Below are positions 39,773-56,499 of a stretch of 64,000 nucleotides of DNA, piece by piece. Each line of letters starts with the position of its first letter. Within the stretch, counting starts at the first letter, position 1. Under the pieces are notes generated by a model that saw only the letters and a program-made list of their open reading frames with translations, ran no database searches and had not been told where the DNA came from. The DNA lies in the NCBI RefSeq assembly GCF_009914755.1, contig NC_060937.1; one strand, written 5' to 3'. The position numbers were made by a program, and so were the translations under genes. This stretch comes from the human T2T-CHM13v2.0 reference genome, Homo sapiens.

Positions 39773-40321
39773 CTGAGTTCTCTACACCTGGGCTCCAGGT
39801 TGCTAAAGTCATCAACTAGGAGCATGAAGTTCAATCAGAACACCTTTGTTTTCATCCTTTCCTAGTTCATCAAAACTTCCTGCTACCACTACTCGGAGGC
39901 CCACGAAGATCGAGGGGCTGGGCTCTTATTTCAGATGTTCTTCCAGGTTTCTACCAACGCCATTCCTCCAGGTTTCCACCAACACCATTCCTTCTGCATG
40001 TCCCCCGCATGGTAAACTGTCCTCCATCAGAGCTCTGAGAGCCACAACTCCAGGGGTGCCTTCCAAGCCCCAAGTCAGAAAAGTTATGGCTCAAAGTCTG
40101 CAGCCAGCTATGACAAAGATGGGATTCTCTCCAGCACCCAGAAACTTTTGTGCCACCAAATTGCTCTGTTTCTCTAATCGTTAGACTCTTTTGCATTCTT
40201 TGCACAGTTCCCATCAAAGTAAGTGATGAGTGGGTTACTTCTTTGTATCAAATCTTGGTTTTCCTTTGTCTTCTGAGAGCAGAATGTTTTCCTGGATAAA
40301 TTGTTTTCATCTTGCCACTCT

Positions 40322-40838
40322 GTGTATGTGTTTCAGTGACCTATTGCTGAATAACAAATCACCGTGAAACAGTGACTCAAAATAACACTTCATGATTTCC
40401 CATGGTTCTGTGACCTGCATGGGTGGCTCTTCCTGGGTGTCCCCATGCATTGCTCACACCAATGTGTCTGTCTTGGGCCTGGGCTGGCCAGAAGGACCAT
40501 GAAGGTGTCTCGCACATCTGAGGGCTGGGTGCTGGCTGTACACTGAAGATCGTGGGTTCGCTCCCCACTCCAGGTCCCACTGTCCCCGTGTAGTGTCTCA
40601 TCCTCCAGAGTCCCCCATGTCGCTGCTGTCTCCAGGAGAACAGTTTGGGTTTCCTTACACCATGGCGGCTGGGTAACACGAGCACGAACGTGAAGCTTCC
40701 AGGCTTTCCCAAGAACTGGCACAGTGATTCTGCATTCTATCAGCCAAGTGAGTCACGAGGCCAGTGCAGATTCAAGGGGAGGGGAAGTCGCCTGTACCTC
40801 TCAGTGATAGAAGTGGCAAAGAATCCTTAATCCACCAC
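40322..40838 (-). mobile_element. MLT1 (F/H-like) LTR
   Basis: CCTATTGCTGAATAACAAATCACC..AGTGACTCAAAATAAC..GTCACGAGGCCAGTGCAGATTCAAGGGGAGGG..TTAATCCACCACA. Confidence 0.75.
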
Positions 40839-41267
40839 AGTGTGCCACAGTTCTGCCCTCAAACTCATTCACCCAAGGCGAAGTGTAAACAAAATGATCG
40901 CCTTTCTGGTGTCATGCGCTTCTTCACCAGATGTTCCTCGTGTCTCCTCAAGTGCTTGCGTTCAGGCTGGGGGCAGCTTTCAGGAGCCCTGAGTGAAGTT
41001 CACCAAACAGACCTTTGCAGAGCCCAACACAGAAGCATGTTATTTAGCAGTGAACAAACACCTCGACTTCTTCCTGCCTCCACTGCTTCTTCAGGTGACT
41101 GGCAATTCCACCTGACTTAGGCACCAGGTTTGTTTCCAGCTCAGAATGCCTTTGAGTCAGAGAAGCACTGCTGCGGTGTTTGTCACCCGTGTTCCAGCTG
41201 CTTCAGTAGACCTGTGCGATGGAGATCAACTCTGGTGGCTGCCTCCTCTCATGCTGAGGAAGGCCTT

Positions 41268-42023
<756 letters not shown>

Positions 42024-43892
42024 TGCGGGCCTTGCAGTGCCCTCCAGGTGGGAGAACTGGGTGGGTGGGAGGCTCACGGAGCTGAAGTTGGAGACATGGC
42101 CCCAAGTGGTCCTCCCTAAGCTCCACCAGAGGCAGGAGTAAAAACAGACCTGGCAAGAAACAGCACCGATGTAGAGAAAGGTCCAATGCACATCCTGAGT
42201 GAGGGGCTGAGGGAGCTGGAGGGACAGAGGGCCTGGACCCTGCTGAGGTCCTGCCCTAAGCATGCACCCTCTGCCTCCCATCCAATGTGCTCAGAGGATC
42301 TGTTCAGCAGAGAAAAATTGTGTGAGTAGAGAGAGCATAGTTTGTTTGGCATCTAGGCTCTTTTTTTATTAATAATATTTATTCACCACGAAGTGCCAGG
42401 CGTTCTGAAAGACTACCATGTATCAGTGAGCTTCTGCTGCAGTAGTGATTCATAACCAACAACCCCAAATCTCAGTGGGCAGGAACCAAAAACAGTTCTC
42501 CCTCACAGACACACGCCTTCCCTCACGGCCATGCTCCTTTCTATTTCATTCTCTACATGGAAATATTCCTGGCGCTCATAACTACTTTGCATACCTGATG
42601 TGCTCTCCTAGGAAAGGCTGGGAATTTGGCTTCATCTTGTCATCTGAAGCCCTGTGTCTCCTCAGTTGTAGGTCACTTGACCAGCTATGTTCAGCAGCAG
42701 CACATGAAGAAGTGGGTAAAATCACCACCAAACCTCTGAGTGAGGCCAGACACGTGCCGTTTCTCCCTTTTCTTTCATTGCCGGGTGCAATCATGTGTTC
42801 AGTATTCCAAAGAGTTGGCTGCTAACTCACACATTTTCAGGGCAATAGTAGCAGTTCCTATGCTGGGTTCATATGTGATTACTGCAATTACTATTAATAA
42901 TAGCCCACACATCATCAGAATGCTTGATGTGCTCTCAGTATGACCCCCAGCCTGCAGTGTGGGGTATGCTGCTTCAGAGCAGTGTTTGTGCCCATGCATG
43001 TGTATCTACACATCCTCACATGTGCACAGTGAACCCTTGTTCAGCTGTGAGATGGCTTGTGCCAGTCCCCATCTGGCCATCCTTTTTGAACCCTCCATCC
43101 TCTGGGTAATTTCTGGTACCCAGGCATTCCCTGGTGTTCTGGCAGGGTGGGTCTCTGCTCTGGGCTTCAAAGATGACAACTATCACGACTACCACCGCTG
43201 GGTGAATATGTATTGGACGAAGATCCTTACACATGAACTCTCTTACTTCATTCTCATCATAGTCCACTGAGGTAGGTGTTGCTATTCCCATTTACAAATG
43301 AGAAAACCTGAGGCTAGAAATGGTGATTCACTTGCCCAGAGCTAGACGTGAGTTAGGGCAGGTCCCAAGACTTTCATCAGCCTCAGAAAACAGAAGTCTT
43401 TCCATTCACTTTAGTACAGTCTCATTTCTGTAATTAAAAATGTCCAATTTCATGTTATAGTTGAATCTCCAACTTAATTTAAAGGGAAATGCTTCTCCAG
43501 ACAGATTTGGTCTGTAAGTACCAATTTCCACTAAAAGAAACCAGGGCTCCTTGGAGAAATGGTTGGTGTCAGAGTTGGAGCAGAAAATGTACAAGATGAG
43601 CCTAAGATTTCTTGATCCTGAAGGCAAGGACATAATTAGACCACATCTTCAAAACAACACAGGACCCAACCTGAAGGTGCATCAGCTCACCAAAGAGGAA
43701 AATCTGACCACCATAAAAAGAAAGATGGTGGCAATCAAATATAGGAAAAACTCATGGGCTTATAGTAACACTAAATCAATCAAACAAACAAAAATACCAA
43801 ACTTATCAGCTCCCTTTGGAGGCTGCTATGGCACCTACACATTATTCTGAAAATCGGTCTATAACGTAGAAGAATCCAGCATTATTCTGCTG

Positions 43893-44210
<318 letters not shown>

Positions 44211-44459
44211 CTATTCTGCTTTTCATATACAGACTGCATTTCAGAGTAACCAAACAGTCAATAGGGGAAAATTGTGCTTAATAGAAGAACCCACCTAATT
44301 GATAGCAAAGTAATTACATTGTTAGAAAATCACAATTTTGCAACCCCCAAAAGAAATAGTGGAGCTTCGCGGCAATCATTAGTGGCTGCTAAAATCCATC
44401 AGGAGAAAAGCGAGGTGCTAAGAGGCCTATCCCATGAATGAAAGGCAAGGGTCCTGTTC

Positions 44460-44835
44460 AGACCCTGATTTGAAGAAACCTGCTGAAAAATTCATTTCTG
44501 AGTCCAGCAGGGAAATTGAACATGGACTGCCTATTAGATATTAGATATTACAGGAATAGTATTAGTTCGGCTGGGTGTGATAATGTTATTGTGGTTATGT
44601 TTTTTTTTTAAATATCCTTATCTGTTAGAGACATATACTGAAGTACATACCAGTAAAGTGATGCAATGTCTGGGATTTGCTTTAAAACACTCTAGGAAAA
44701 ACAGTGTCAGGGCAGAATAGATAAAACATAAAAGGCGGAATACTGATAATCGTTGAGAGTAGGGGATGAGTGAATGGGGGTTCATTCCTGTAGTCTTTTT
44801 GTATATATGTGAAAACCTTCATAATAATTTAAAAA
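44460..44835 (+). mobile_element. L1ME/MC 3' fragment
   Basis: GGGTGTGATAATGTTATTGTGGTTATG..CCTTATCTGTTAGAGACATATACTGAAGTA..ATGTCTGGGATTTGCTTTAAAA. Confidence 0.7.
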
Positions 44836-45594
44836 ACGTTTTATAATGTTAAAGCTTCTCACAGCTTGCTTCTTCTTTGGGCTGGAAGGTGTAGAGGGAA
44901 AAGAGGGGTTCCCGTTTCTCCCTAAGCTTTCCATCTCTTCCTTGCCCAGTGTTCCAAAGGAAAAGTAAGGACAGGAACTTCCTCACCCAACAGGTGCCTT
45001 TGTGATCAAAGGTTGGTGTTTTCTGGGCCTGGGAGAGGTCATAGCTCCTTTTCCTTCAGGGTTGGGTGGATTTTACTTTATTTTGTGGAGACTCTCCTTT
45101 GTTGGGGCCCTCCCACCCACAGGTCTCTTAGCATGGGCATCAGCTCCTCTGGCTGGCCACTGGTTATCTCCCCCTCCCCACCCCACAGCCCCACGCATTT
45201 GGGTTTCCAGCCTGGCCTTCTCAGATGACGGCCGTTTACAATGGCTTTGGGTGGGTTCCCTCTTCCATGGGGACCACACCTCATCCTAGCCCAATGGCTC
45301 AGCAATGGGATTGACTTCTGAGTCCCCTCATTTGTTTCCTTTCCGAATCATCTCCTGAGAGATACAAATAGGGACACTTGACTGGGGTGGCATCTGGGGT
45401 CATAAGTGGGGACAACAGCAGATCCTGTCACCTTCTGGGGACTGGTGCCATTTCTTGGCTAAGGTTGTCAGTAGAGGAATCCATCCACCCTCCTATCCAC
45501 CCTTCCTCTCAGTCTTGTGTGCAGCAGGCTTCCCCAGGCTAAATCCACCACTGTGGGCCTGTCCCAGGAGGTCCAGAGGTATGTTGGTGTCTGC

Positions 45595-46140
45595 TACATC
45601 AGTCAGGGAGCTTTTGGCAGCAAGTAACAGAACACGTGACTAAGAGTGGCTAAAGCAAGGGGGGTTGTTATTCCATATACTAAGTACAGAAGAAGACAGT
45701 TCCGTATTGATCCAGTGATTTGATGGTATCCAGGCTCTGTGTCAGCTTCTCTGCTGTTTCTGTATTTTTCCCTCTTGGTCACAAGATGGCTGCCACAGTT
45801 CCAAGCATCACATCCTCACACGACAATATGCCAAGGCAGGAAGGAAAGGGTAAATCCTCTTCATGGAACTCTATTTTCAACAGAATGGAAAACCTTTCGC
45901 CAAATTCCCCAACAGACTTTACATCTCATTGGCCAGAATGGGGCCCCATATCCCCACTCCCCACTGCTCCAACCCAATCCCTCTCTAAGGGGACTGGGAT
46001 TCTCATGGTGGGTTTAGACTCATCATGATTTTTCCTGTGGAACTGCTTCCATCTTCCCTCAGTCAACCTATTCCAGAACAGAATTGGGAGTTTGTTAGGA
46101 AGGGAAAGCAGGGGACTGGCTGTTGGTGAGCCACCACACT
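45595..46140 (-). mobile_element. Old MLT1 (K/L-like) LTR
   Basis: GCAGCAAGTAACAGAA..GGTCACAAGATGGCTGCCACAGTTCCAAGCATCACATCC..TCTCATTGGCCAGAA. Confidence 0.7.
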
Positions 46141-48215
46141 GTCACCACAGGCACCAAAGACAAACACCGCCTACGTCCACCTCGTAGCCCTGCCCAAGGC
46201 AAGTTCTAAGACCGCATTCACCAGTCTTTCTGAGTTGAAACCAGTCACGCACGTGATTGCGGTGACAGGAACGAAGCTGAGTTCTCCAGTGTGAGGAGGT
46301 TTGTTCTTGCCTCCTGTGCCCTGACGTGCCGAACAAGCTGAATGAAAAGTGGGAAACAGGCCCGGTGCTACTCCAGGACATGAGATCCGGAGCTGCAGGG
46401 CGGGGCTCCAGCAGTGCCCCCTCACTGGGCAACACTGCCAGCCTGGCTTTGCTTGTGCCTCAACTTCCCCAGATTGAAGCCTGGGTCTGCTGAGCCAGGG
46501 AGGCGGGAATGGATGGAGTCGGGGCAGGGGAAAGCGTAGGGGGTTGTGGCACTCACAAAGGACCAACATGGCTGTGACACAACAACAAAACACAAACAGC
46601 CTTTAGCGTACTTACAGGGAGCAGTGGGGAGGTAAGGTGAAAATCCGCCAGAACAGTGCGAGCGAGGGGTGTAGGAGCCTACAGCATCTGCAGATGCGGC
46701 TGCCAGGAAGCCCTGAGGAGTGGACTCAGAGGGCAATGAGATGAGAGTTGAATCCAGAAGGAAGGGAGAGAAAATGGTGAGTGGAGGTAGAGAGGGTGGC
46801 GAGGGATGGCAGAATGGGGAGGGGAAAAGGGTCCTTTCCTCTGGGTTTGCAGGTTCAGTCTTAGAGGCTGGACTTCTCTTTGTTTTCTCCTGAAAGGAAG
46901 TTAGTTAGGGGGAGCTGACGTCCACGTTAAGAGGCCTGTGGTGGGAGAGCCCCAACGAAGGATCGTCTCTAAACTAGCTGGTTTCTGACAATCACTGAAG
47001 CACGTTATAGTGTGGCTTGTTTTCATTAGTTTGAATATCCATGCTCTGGGCTCGGGGGTTAATTTAACTTTCACCACTGTCACACATGAATCAGATCCTC
47101 CTCTTGGGGAGTTTGAATGTGAAATACAGAGTTAGAAAATAGGGGCAGTAAAGTGGAAGGGAAGGCAGGAGCAGAGCCCTGGAGGCCCCGCAGCCTGGGA
47201 AAGCATCGAGGCGAAGAAGCAGCGGCCACAGGATCCCTGGAGAAATAAGTCATGCCCGGGTAGACAGGGAGTGCCAGCACCAGAGAGGGGAGCGGCGCTG
47301 AGACACAGAAGGGACGTCAGTGCTCCTGCTGCCCCGGGAACCACATAGCCCCGTCCCTAGAGCTGCTGTGCACTCAGAATGGGAAAGCTTCCCCTCTATC
47401 CTCCTGACCCCTGCCAGGTGACACATTCCTCATTTCTTTATTTCCTCACATGTCCCTTTAATAAACCCTCCTTACTTAAAGTAACCAGATAAGTACCTTT
47501 CTTTGGCTCTAAAAGAGCTCATTAAGATCATCATCCTGTACTTGCTTCTCCATTTTGATTCTGAATCAATAAGAACATTTTTCCCATGGTGAAATATATT
47601 CCAGCTTTCTATGCATGAATGTCATAATTGCTGTGGCTTTGGTATGCATGGATAGTGCGTGTGTGTGGACAAAAAACAAATTCAGTAGTTTATTCACTCA
47701 CCACGCATGTTTTTAACATGCACACCAGGTGCCAGGTGATGAGGCTCCGGAGGTGAAGAAGATGGTATTAAAGCGTTATGATTCTATCTAGAATATTTTA
47801 CACCTCAGAAAAGAGTGTAGAAAAACTGAAACCAAAGACAAAGGAACTATGGAGGAAAAAAGATTTAAAAGACATTCACTGGCTTAAGGAAGAAGAAAAG
47901 AGAAAGGACCACAAGCCTATCCATCTCTGCGGGGGACAGGAAAGCAATGAAGGTCCATCCATATGTGCACAGCACATGTCCCTCAGTGCCACTTGGTCCT
48001 CTCCATGGTGGTGGCTGTCCTCGGGGGCAACGTGAAAAGTCTCCTGCCAGCACCCCTGATGCAGATCCCCCTCCACCCTGGTGCTTCCATCATCCGAGTC
48101 TCTGTCCACCTGGGGGTCTAAGGCAGCAGCCGCAAGTGCGGCACCGGCATCGGGGATGCTGCCTGCATGCTGGACAACAGCAGCTAGATGCGTGGCTTTT
48201 AAGATTGAAAAGATA

Positions 48216-48535
<320 letters not shown>

Positions 48536-49698
48536 CTATTAACAGCGCTGTAAATGATGTATCTGAAAGAGCCATATAGACATGTGTGCTTTTGCATGCC
48601 AGAGTTTCAGAGGTCATCCAAGGAAAGGAAAAGAATGAGACTTCTATGTCAGACACCAGGTCTGTGCTAGATGAGAGAGCACGGAAGCACCTGCGGCTTA
48701 CATTTAGAACAACAGAGGAGTTGGACAGGGGGGATGGTACAGCAGCTCATTGGCTGCCTGATTCAAGGCCAAAATCAAAGGCTGGATGCCTTTGCACTTC
48801 ACTTGCATGGTTTTCTTTTTAAAAAGTGGCATCACGTGGAAATTCGTGCACTCTCTCAGAATCCTTCCAACCTGCTGTGAGAAATGTGTGCTAAGTGCAC
48901 TTTTAAAAAGGAGTCAAGAATGATTTTTCTTACTGCAGTAGTTTGACTTCACACTCCAATAATGATTTTATGCTCACCTTGACTGTTTTCATGTCATCAC
49001 TGCCTGGACTCACACACCGCATGGGAACTGCTCAAAGACAGTAGCAGCCACTGAGTAGTTTGGGAAATGCTTCATTCCACATCACCCTCAACGACCCTGC
49101 TCTTACTTAGTACAAGTGAGAACCATCACCGCTGGCTTGAACCCACCCATGAAGAAACACGGGCTGAGGAGGGGAAGCACCTGGTAAGAAACAGAGCCTT
49201 GACTTTCAACTAACAAGCCATGGGCCTTCAAAGAAATTAACCGAATAATCTGAATAAAATATAATAAAGAAAAAAAGTAAAGTTTTTGGATAAAGACTGT
49301 GGATTTTTTTGACTCTTCATACTAACACAATTCTCATCCCTCCAGCTGAGTTCACCTGACCCGAGACTGCATAGCTTTGCTTCACTTCTTCCAGGAGCGC
49401 ACAACACCTGTGAGGCTGAGTGACTCGAGGAGTGACTAAGAGATTGGCCCAGTCCTGTTTGCTCATGTATGTTATGTATTGACACCGAGGACACTTCTTT
49501 TATGTCAGATGTGCAGGAACAAGAGCCCCCTTCTCCTCCCTGGCCATGCTACCTGATGCCCATGAGTACTCCACAGTCTCCAGCCAGAGGCACGTCTCAC
49601 TCAGGGGTTGTCCAATTATCTGGATAGCAAATGGAGGAAAAAAACCACCCACCACCCACAAAACAGATCTTCCAACTGCTGCTTTTAGAAAAGCTCTT

Positions 49699-50260
49699 TG
49701 GACCCTTTTCACAAGATAGCGCTGAGGGTGAAGAAGGAAGCTCCTGCCCCTCCTAAAGCCAAAGCAAAGGCTCTGAAGGCCAAGAAGGCAGTGCAGAAAG
49801 GCATCCACAGCCAGAAGAAGAAGGAGAAGGAAAAGAAGAACCACACACTGGTCCAAGACACTGCAACTCTGGAGGCAGCCAAAATATCCTTGGAAGAGTG
49901 CCCCCAGGAGAAACAAGCTTGACTACTATGCCATCACCAAGTTTCTGCTGACCACTGAGTCCACCATGAAGATAGAAGACAACAATACACTGGTGTTCAT
50001 TGTGGATGTTAAAGCCAACAAGCACCAGATCAAATAGGCTGTAAAGAAGCTCTATGACATTGATGTGGCCAAGGTCAACACCCTGATTCGGCCTGATGGA
50101 GAGAAGAAGACGTATGTTCCACTGGCTCCTGAGGACCATGCTTTGGATGGTCAACAAAATTTGGATCATCTCAACTGAGTCCTGCTGGCTAACTATATAT
50201 ACATATATCTTTACACCAGAAAAAAAAATTTTTTTAATAAAAATTTAAAAAAATTTTTAA
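49699..50260 (+). pseudogene. RPL23AP: Processed pseudogene of ribosomal protein L23a
   Basis: 5'UTR GACCCTTTTCACAAG then ATA (mutated ATG, 49716); [21 protein letters not shown]; later frame [50 protein letters not shown]; intronless, stop codons and indels, A-rich tail, TSD AAAAGCTCTT (49689-98 and 50261-70). Confidence 0.96.
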
Positions 50261-50273
50261 AAAAGCTCTTACA

Positions 50274-50570
<297 letters not shown>

Positions 50571-51744
50571 AGCTCTTCCATTTTCCTGGTTGAAGCTGTG
50601 GCTACATCACCACCTGCTATGCTTGGCACAGTTCTTGGCCCCCAGGAGGGACTCAGTAAGTGTTTGTTGAGTGAGCAATTCACACTGCACAGCCTCTGTC
50701 CTTCTGCACATGGTTGTCCCAGCTCACTTACCTGCACTGCCCCTCTAAGTGAGACCCCTTGTGCAGGACCCGTGCAGGATAGATGTCTCAGCACCTGGGG
50801 CCGGAATCGCAGGGAGCATGGAGGTCCTACAGAATGGGCCAAGCTTCCAGAGCTGGTGTGGATAGCAGGAGCTCCGTAGAAACCACATCAGCATCTTCTC
50901 TTCTATTTCTAATTTTAGAATAAAGGAAGTCACTCTCCTGCTTAAAACCTTCCAGGAATTTTCCCTTTTTCTTAGGGTGATCAAGTCTGAACTCCTTAAC
51001 CCGGTCTACCTACCCCTGGCAACATGGCTCTTTTCGCTCTGTCCTAACCCACCTCCCGCCACTGTCCCCTTCGTCACTGGGCTCTGGCCACCTGGCTCCC
51101 AAGTGCCACCTGCTCACTTGCTGCCTCAGGCTCAGCCTACTCCAGCTCTGCTCCCACCTCTTCTGTCCTTCACAGCACTCTCTCCATTGGAAACAGATGC
51201 TCACTGATGTAAGCCTCTCCCTTCAGACCATGAGCTCCATGAGGCAGAACCTCATCCGTCTTGCTCATCATCATCCCTATGAGAGGCAAAGCAGCAAAAG
51301 CCAAGCCAAGCTTGCTCATTCCAGCAGAATTTCACAAAGCCCCTGACTCTGTGACGACATACAGCAGCTCTCCGAAAAGATGCTTTGAAGACAAAACAGG
51401 ATAGAGCACGTGGCTCCCTATGTCTCTTGCCAGAGTCACTATATTCCTTAAAAGATAAATGACCCTAGAGTCCTTGCCTTTTCCTACACAAAATGTCTGA
51501 TGGGGTTAGGGATTATTCCTCTGTAATCTATAACCAGATGTGCTCTTATACCCAAACCTTGATGTGATTCTGTGTCAGTGTAACATCTGTGCAAGTTTGA
51601 TGTGATTTTTGCACATGCAAAAAGTGAGCTGGGACCTGTATATAAGCTGTAGGCTGAAATATTGTGGTGGAGCAGTCTGACAGAACCTCTCTAAAGGGCT
51701 GCTTCTGGGCTCTAGGCTCCAGTCAGTAAGATTTTTTGGTGTAT

Positions 51745-52212
<468 letters not shown>

Positions 52213-53117
52213 TCAGCCTAAGATCTTTGAATAACACTAACTTTAATTCTTTAAAAGCTTGACTGTTTTTTCATTAATTGGCCCCCAGTAACATTTCCTG
52301 TCACAGTGCAGTTAAGCAATGAATACTGGAAGGAAGGGAAGGAAGAAGGTGGCGGGGTTGGGGGGCAAGGAAGGAGGGAAGAGAAGGGACGGGAGGCGAA
52401 GACAGGGGGAGACGCTTCTTACTCTAAGAAGGCCCGTCCTTCCTACCCATGGACTTACAGGTCTCACAGGGAGAGGCAGGGAGGAATTAATGAATAGCCT
52501 CCAACAGACGATTCATTTCATTACATCCCATGCTCTGCAAAGAAACAGTCATTTTAGGAACTTTTCTCGCTAAATTATATTGGTTTTACGGTATTAACTG
52601 CATTTTAATATTAGTCTGTTTCATTAAAGATAAATGCTCTCAAAAGCTTCCCACGGGAAAAATGCCCTGGCCCAGATAGCACTGTGTTAAGCCTCTTAAA
52701 TAAGCCATTTCTATAAAATCACCAATTCCCTCATTCTGAGCATAATGATGTAGGCTTTCTGACAGAAACTAAAAATCAGGCCTGTTGTCACTGGGTTTTT
52801 CTAGGTTTCATTAAGAGGCCACCCCTCACATGGACTGGTAAGGGGCATTTTCCAAAACTCCTGGTTCCGCGGAGAAGGTAAAGTCTAACACCAGTGCTTA
52901 GTACCCAAGGAGCCCTTGCCCTGGGCCAGCACTGGGAGAAGCAGGGCATGACTGGGTGAAGCTCTGGTGTGATCCACGTTCTGTTGTCCAACGGGTGGCC
53001 TCAGGTGGGGACTTCCCTTCCTCTGTAAAGTGAGGACTATGATACTACCCATCTCAGGCAGTGACAAGGATCAAGGGTCAGGATGCATGCTGAGTGGCCC
53101 ATGAAAAAGCCTCTGAA

Positions 53118-53459
<342 letters not shown>

Positions 53460-54438
53460 TCATCATTCAACACACCATCCAAGTGCATCCTCACAAGAAA
53501 TGGACAATGGATGTGCAGGTGTGAGTGTCGCATGCACGTGTTTATTTGCTGCTGTACGACTCTCATTGTGCAGAGAAGGAGACTGAGGTTTAGGGGAGCA
53601 ATGCTAAAAGACAACTGTGGGAAGTCATCTGACAATGTCAGGTCCTGGGACAAAGGCAGGATTTTCACCCATGGGCCTGTCCTTCCAGCCCATGCTGTCC
53701 CTCAGGTCTGGGTCTGGAAGGAGAAGAGAAGACAGCCACAGCTGTGTGTCCCTGCACCAGCATTACCTTAACCCGTGCAGAGACAGGTGAGATGCCAGAA
53801 GCTGCCACCGGCCAGTCTCCCCCACGACCCAGCGGTGCTTTTCTCTCTCCAGAAATGGGCACCAGACAAGGCAGCGGGGTCCACATTTTCGCACTGGCTT
53901 GAGGGCTGTGCGACTTTGGGAATGTCCCCTCATCTTTTTCATCTTCAGATTCCTTAACTGTGAAATGAGAAAAACACATCCTGCTACACATAATCTAAAG
54001 GCTTATGGTGAAAATAGAATGGGATGATAAATGGTCCCATTCTTTATACATGTTGAAGGATTCCACACATTTTAAGTCTTTGGGCTTTGGGGTTTTTGGT
54101 CCAGCAGTCTCTCTGTGGTAACAGAAGCACAGGCAGCCCTGGCTCCTGTGTAGTGGCCCCAGGACCTTGGTCCAAGTCCTTGGAACCTCTCAGACTCTCC
54201 TTCCCCCTTTGTAACTGGACAGTAAGCACGCCCCCTCCCTGGGGTATTGCAAGGGTTAAATGAGAAGGATTGCGAGGAGCTCTGTAAACTGTAAAACTCT
54301 ACCCAAAGGTGAGATGTCATTACTCCCTCTTTAGGGGCAAGGTCTGTTTTTCTCCCCCGTATGGCACTGTCATTGCCTTACTGTGTGACCCTAGGGCAGG
54401 AGGGAAAATTAGACCTATCCAAAGGTTTCATGTCATTT

Positions 54439-54631
54439 CCTTTCTTTTCTTTTGTTTTTGTTTTTGTTTTTGTTTTTGTTTTTAGAGACAGGATCTGACC
54501 CTGTCTTTCAAGCTGGAGTGCAATGGCATGATTATAGCTCACCGTAGCCTTGAACTCCTGGGCTCAAGCAATCCTCCTGCCTCAGCCTCCCAATGTGCTG
54601 GGATTACAGGCCTGAGCCACAGCGCCCAGCC
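54439..54631 (-). mobile_element. Alu monomer (FRAM-like)
   Basis: Single arm with (TTTTTG)n tail; TSD TCATGTCATTT (54428-38 and 54632-42). Confidence 0.82.
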
Positions 54632-56499
54632 TCATGTCATTTTAAAATTCCATTTCAGACTCCCTCTCTTCCGTGCACAGTACTGATGCTGATGAATGCA
54701 GAGTGGAAGCCAGTGTTCCTGACCACAGCCACTCCCAATAGAGCCCGCCCAGGGCTGCTCGTAGGCTTTCCGAATGCACGGGCACTTTGTGATCACAGTC
54801 ACAGAGCTCTGACTTCCTGAGAGCAATTTCAGAAGGAAAATGTATGACTGATAAAATATTTCTGGAATACAGATTCTGCAAATCTCGATTAAAAATAATA
54901 TTTAGGAAATAGTCCAGGCTTTTGGTTGAAATTGAAACATGAGGGTCATAAATATCTCATCGAGCTCATTAGGCAGGCCGCGGTCCTCGTGCCACATCAA
55001 GTAGGTCTCAAGCTCTGGGCTTCATTCATCACATGACTCTGTGATTATCCTGAAACCAGCAGTGAGGCCCTTTGTGGGAGTGATGATTAAAGAGACATTT
55101 ATAACTAGGAAGTTTAAAAGCCCACCTATGCTGCTGACATGTGAAGAAATGCTGGATGTGTGCAAACTTAGAAAGCGGTGTTTGGACTCCCCCAGTAGCT
55201 GTGGCACGGGGTAAAAACTATATTTGGAAAATGGACGGTGTCGTAGCAGGGTGGGTCCCACCCTTACCCCTTCCCCCAAATAAGCAGAGAGACAGGCCTC
55301 CGCTTTCGCCACACCTGAGCTGCTGCTTCTCAAGAACCGTTCACACTGCAGGGAGAGAGGTGAGGGCAAAATTTACCTGGACTCAGTGAATTCAGCCTGA
55401 CAGAATCATGTCGGTGTCACCTTTAGGATACGCTCAGTCTTGTAAGGTAAAATGCTGGGTCTTTTGGAAACGTCTCCCCTCTTCCTGCTCTTCTCTGAGA
55501 CGGAGGTTGCTGGTGGCTGATGACAGCCTGTGGAGTTGGGGGACTCATCTCTCCTGGTGTCTTCCAGAGAGCCCCTGGTGGTGACTGCAGAGTGGCTGAT
55601 TGATTGGGGCCAATCCCAGATTTGCTGAGGAACAATGGGGCCTATCTGGATTTGGGAGGGGAGAGAACGTGCCAGCACCCTCCACGGAGGCCTTGTTATG
55701 CCCCCGAACTAGGTTTCCACCATCCGTGGGTTCTCCCCAGGCTATGAGTGCATGCTGGGTTCCCCGCACACCACCACCAAGGGACCAGCCCTGGCAAAGG
55801 AGCTGCCAGGCAGTGGCCTCACACCACACCATAAGGGATCACATTGGGACTATGGATAACTACAAAGATGCCTTCAAAGAAAATGCATCTGTTTCTCAGC
55901 AACCACCGTGGGGAGGCTGACATTAGAACAGGTGGCATCTATGGCAGTGCCACAGGGAGACAAGCAATGGGTGTGGGGTAGCCCTGGCCCTGACCCCTTT
56001 CACTCACAGAGGTGAGCAATGGATTTACTGTCAAAAGGACACACTGAAGTGAAGATCTCAAATCCCCGCTCCTAGTACTCTCAGCAGGCAGTGTGAAGAC
56101 TCGTAACCTTCACTCAAGTCCTCACAGGGTCAGAGAGCCAGGGGCCAGCTCCTGCAGCAATTCCTGCAACAGGGACAGCAGCAGTCAAGGAAAGCTCATG
56201 CCTCCTCTGCCATACTTGCTGGCCACCTCCCTCCTAGCCTCTGGTCATCTCTTGCTGCATAATGACAAGGACTCCTTCCTTGACCAAACTTCAATCAGCT
56301 CCTCTGAGCCCTCTTTCATCTAGCCCTCACCCTGGGTCCCTGTCCTTGGCCTCTGAGCCTAGTTTTAGCAAAGAATCCTACCATGTTCCTCTTAGTAATT
56401 TTCTGTCTACCCTGCTGTTGGCTATAAATCCCCACTTGTCCCTGTTGTGTTTGGAGCCGAGTTCAATCTCCCTCCCCTATTGCAGTAGTCTTGACTCCT

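Noticed and set aside
49698-49922. 74-aa ORF with RPL23A N-terminal similarity as a functional gene
   Set aside because: Parent ATG mutated to ATA, frameshift and in-frame stop downstream; pseudogene.
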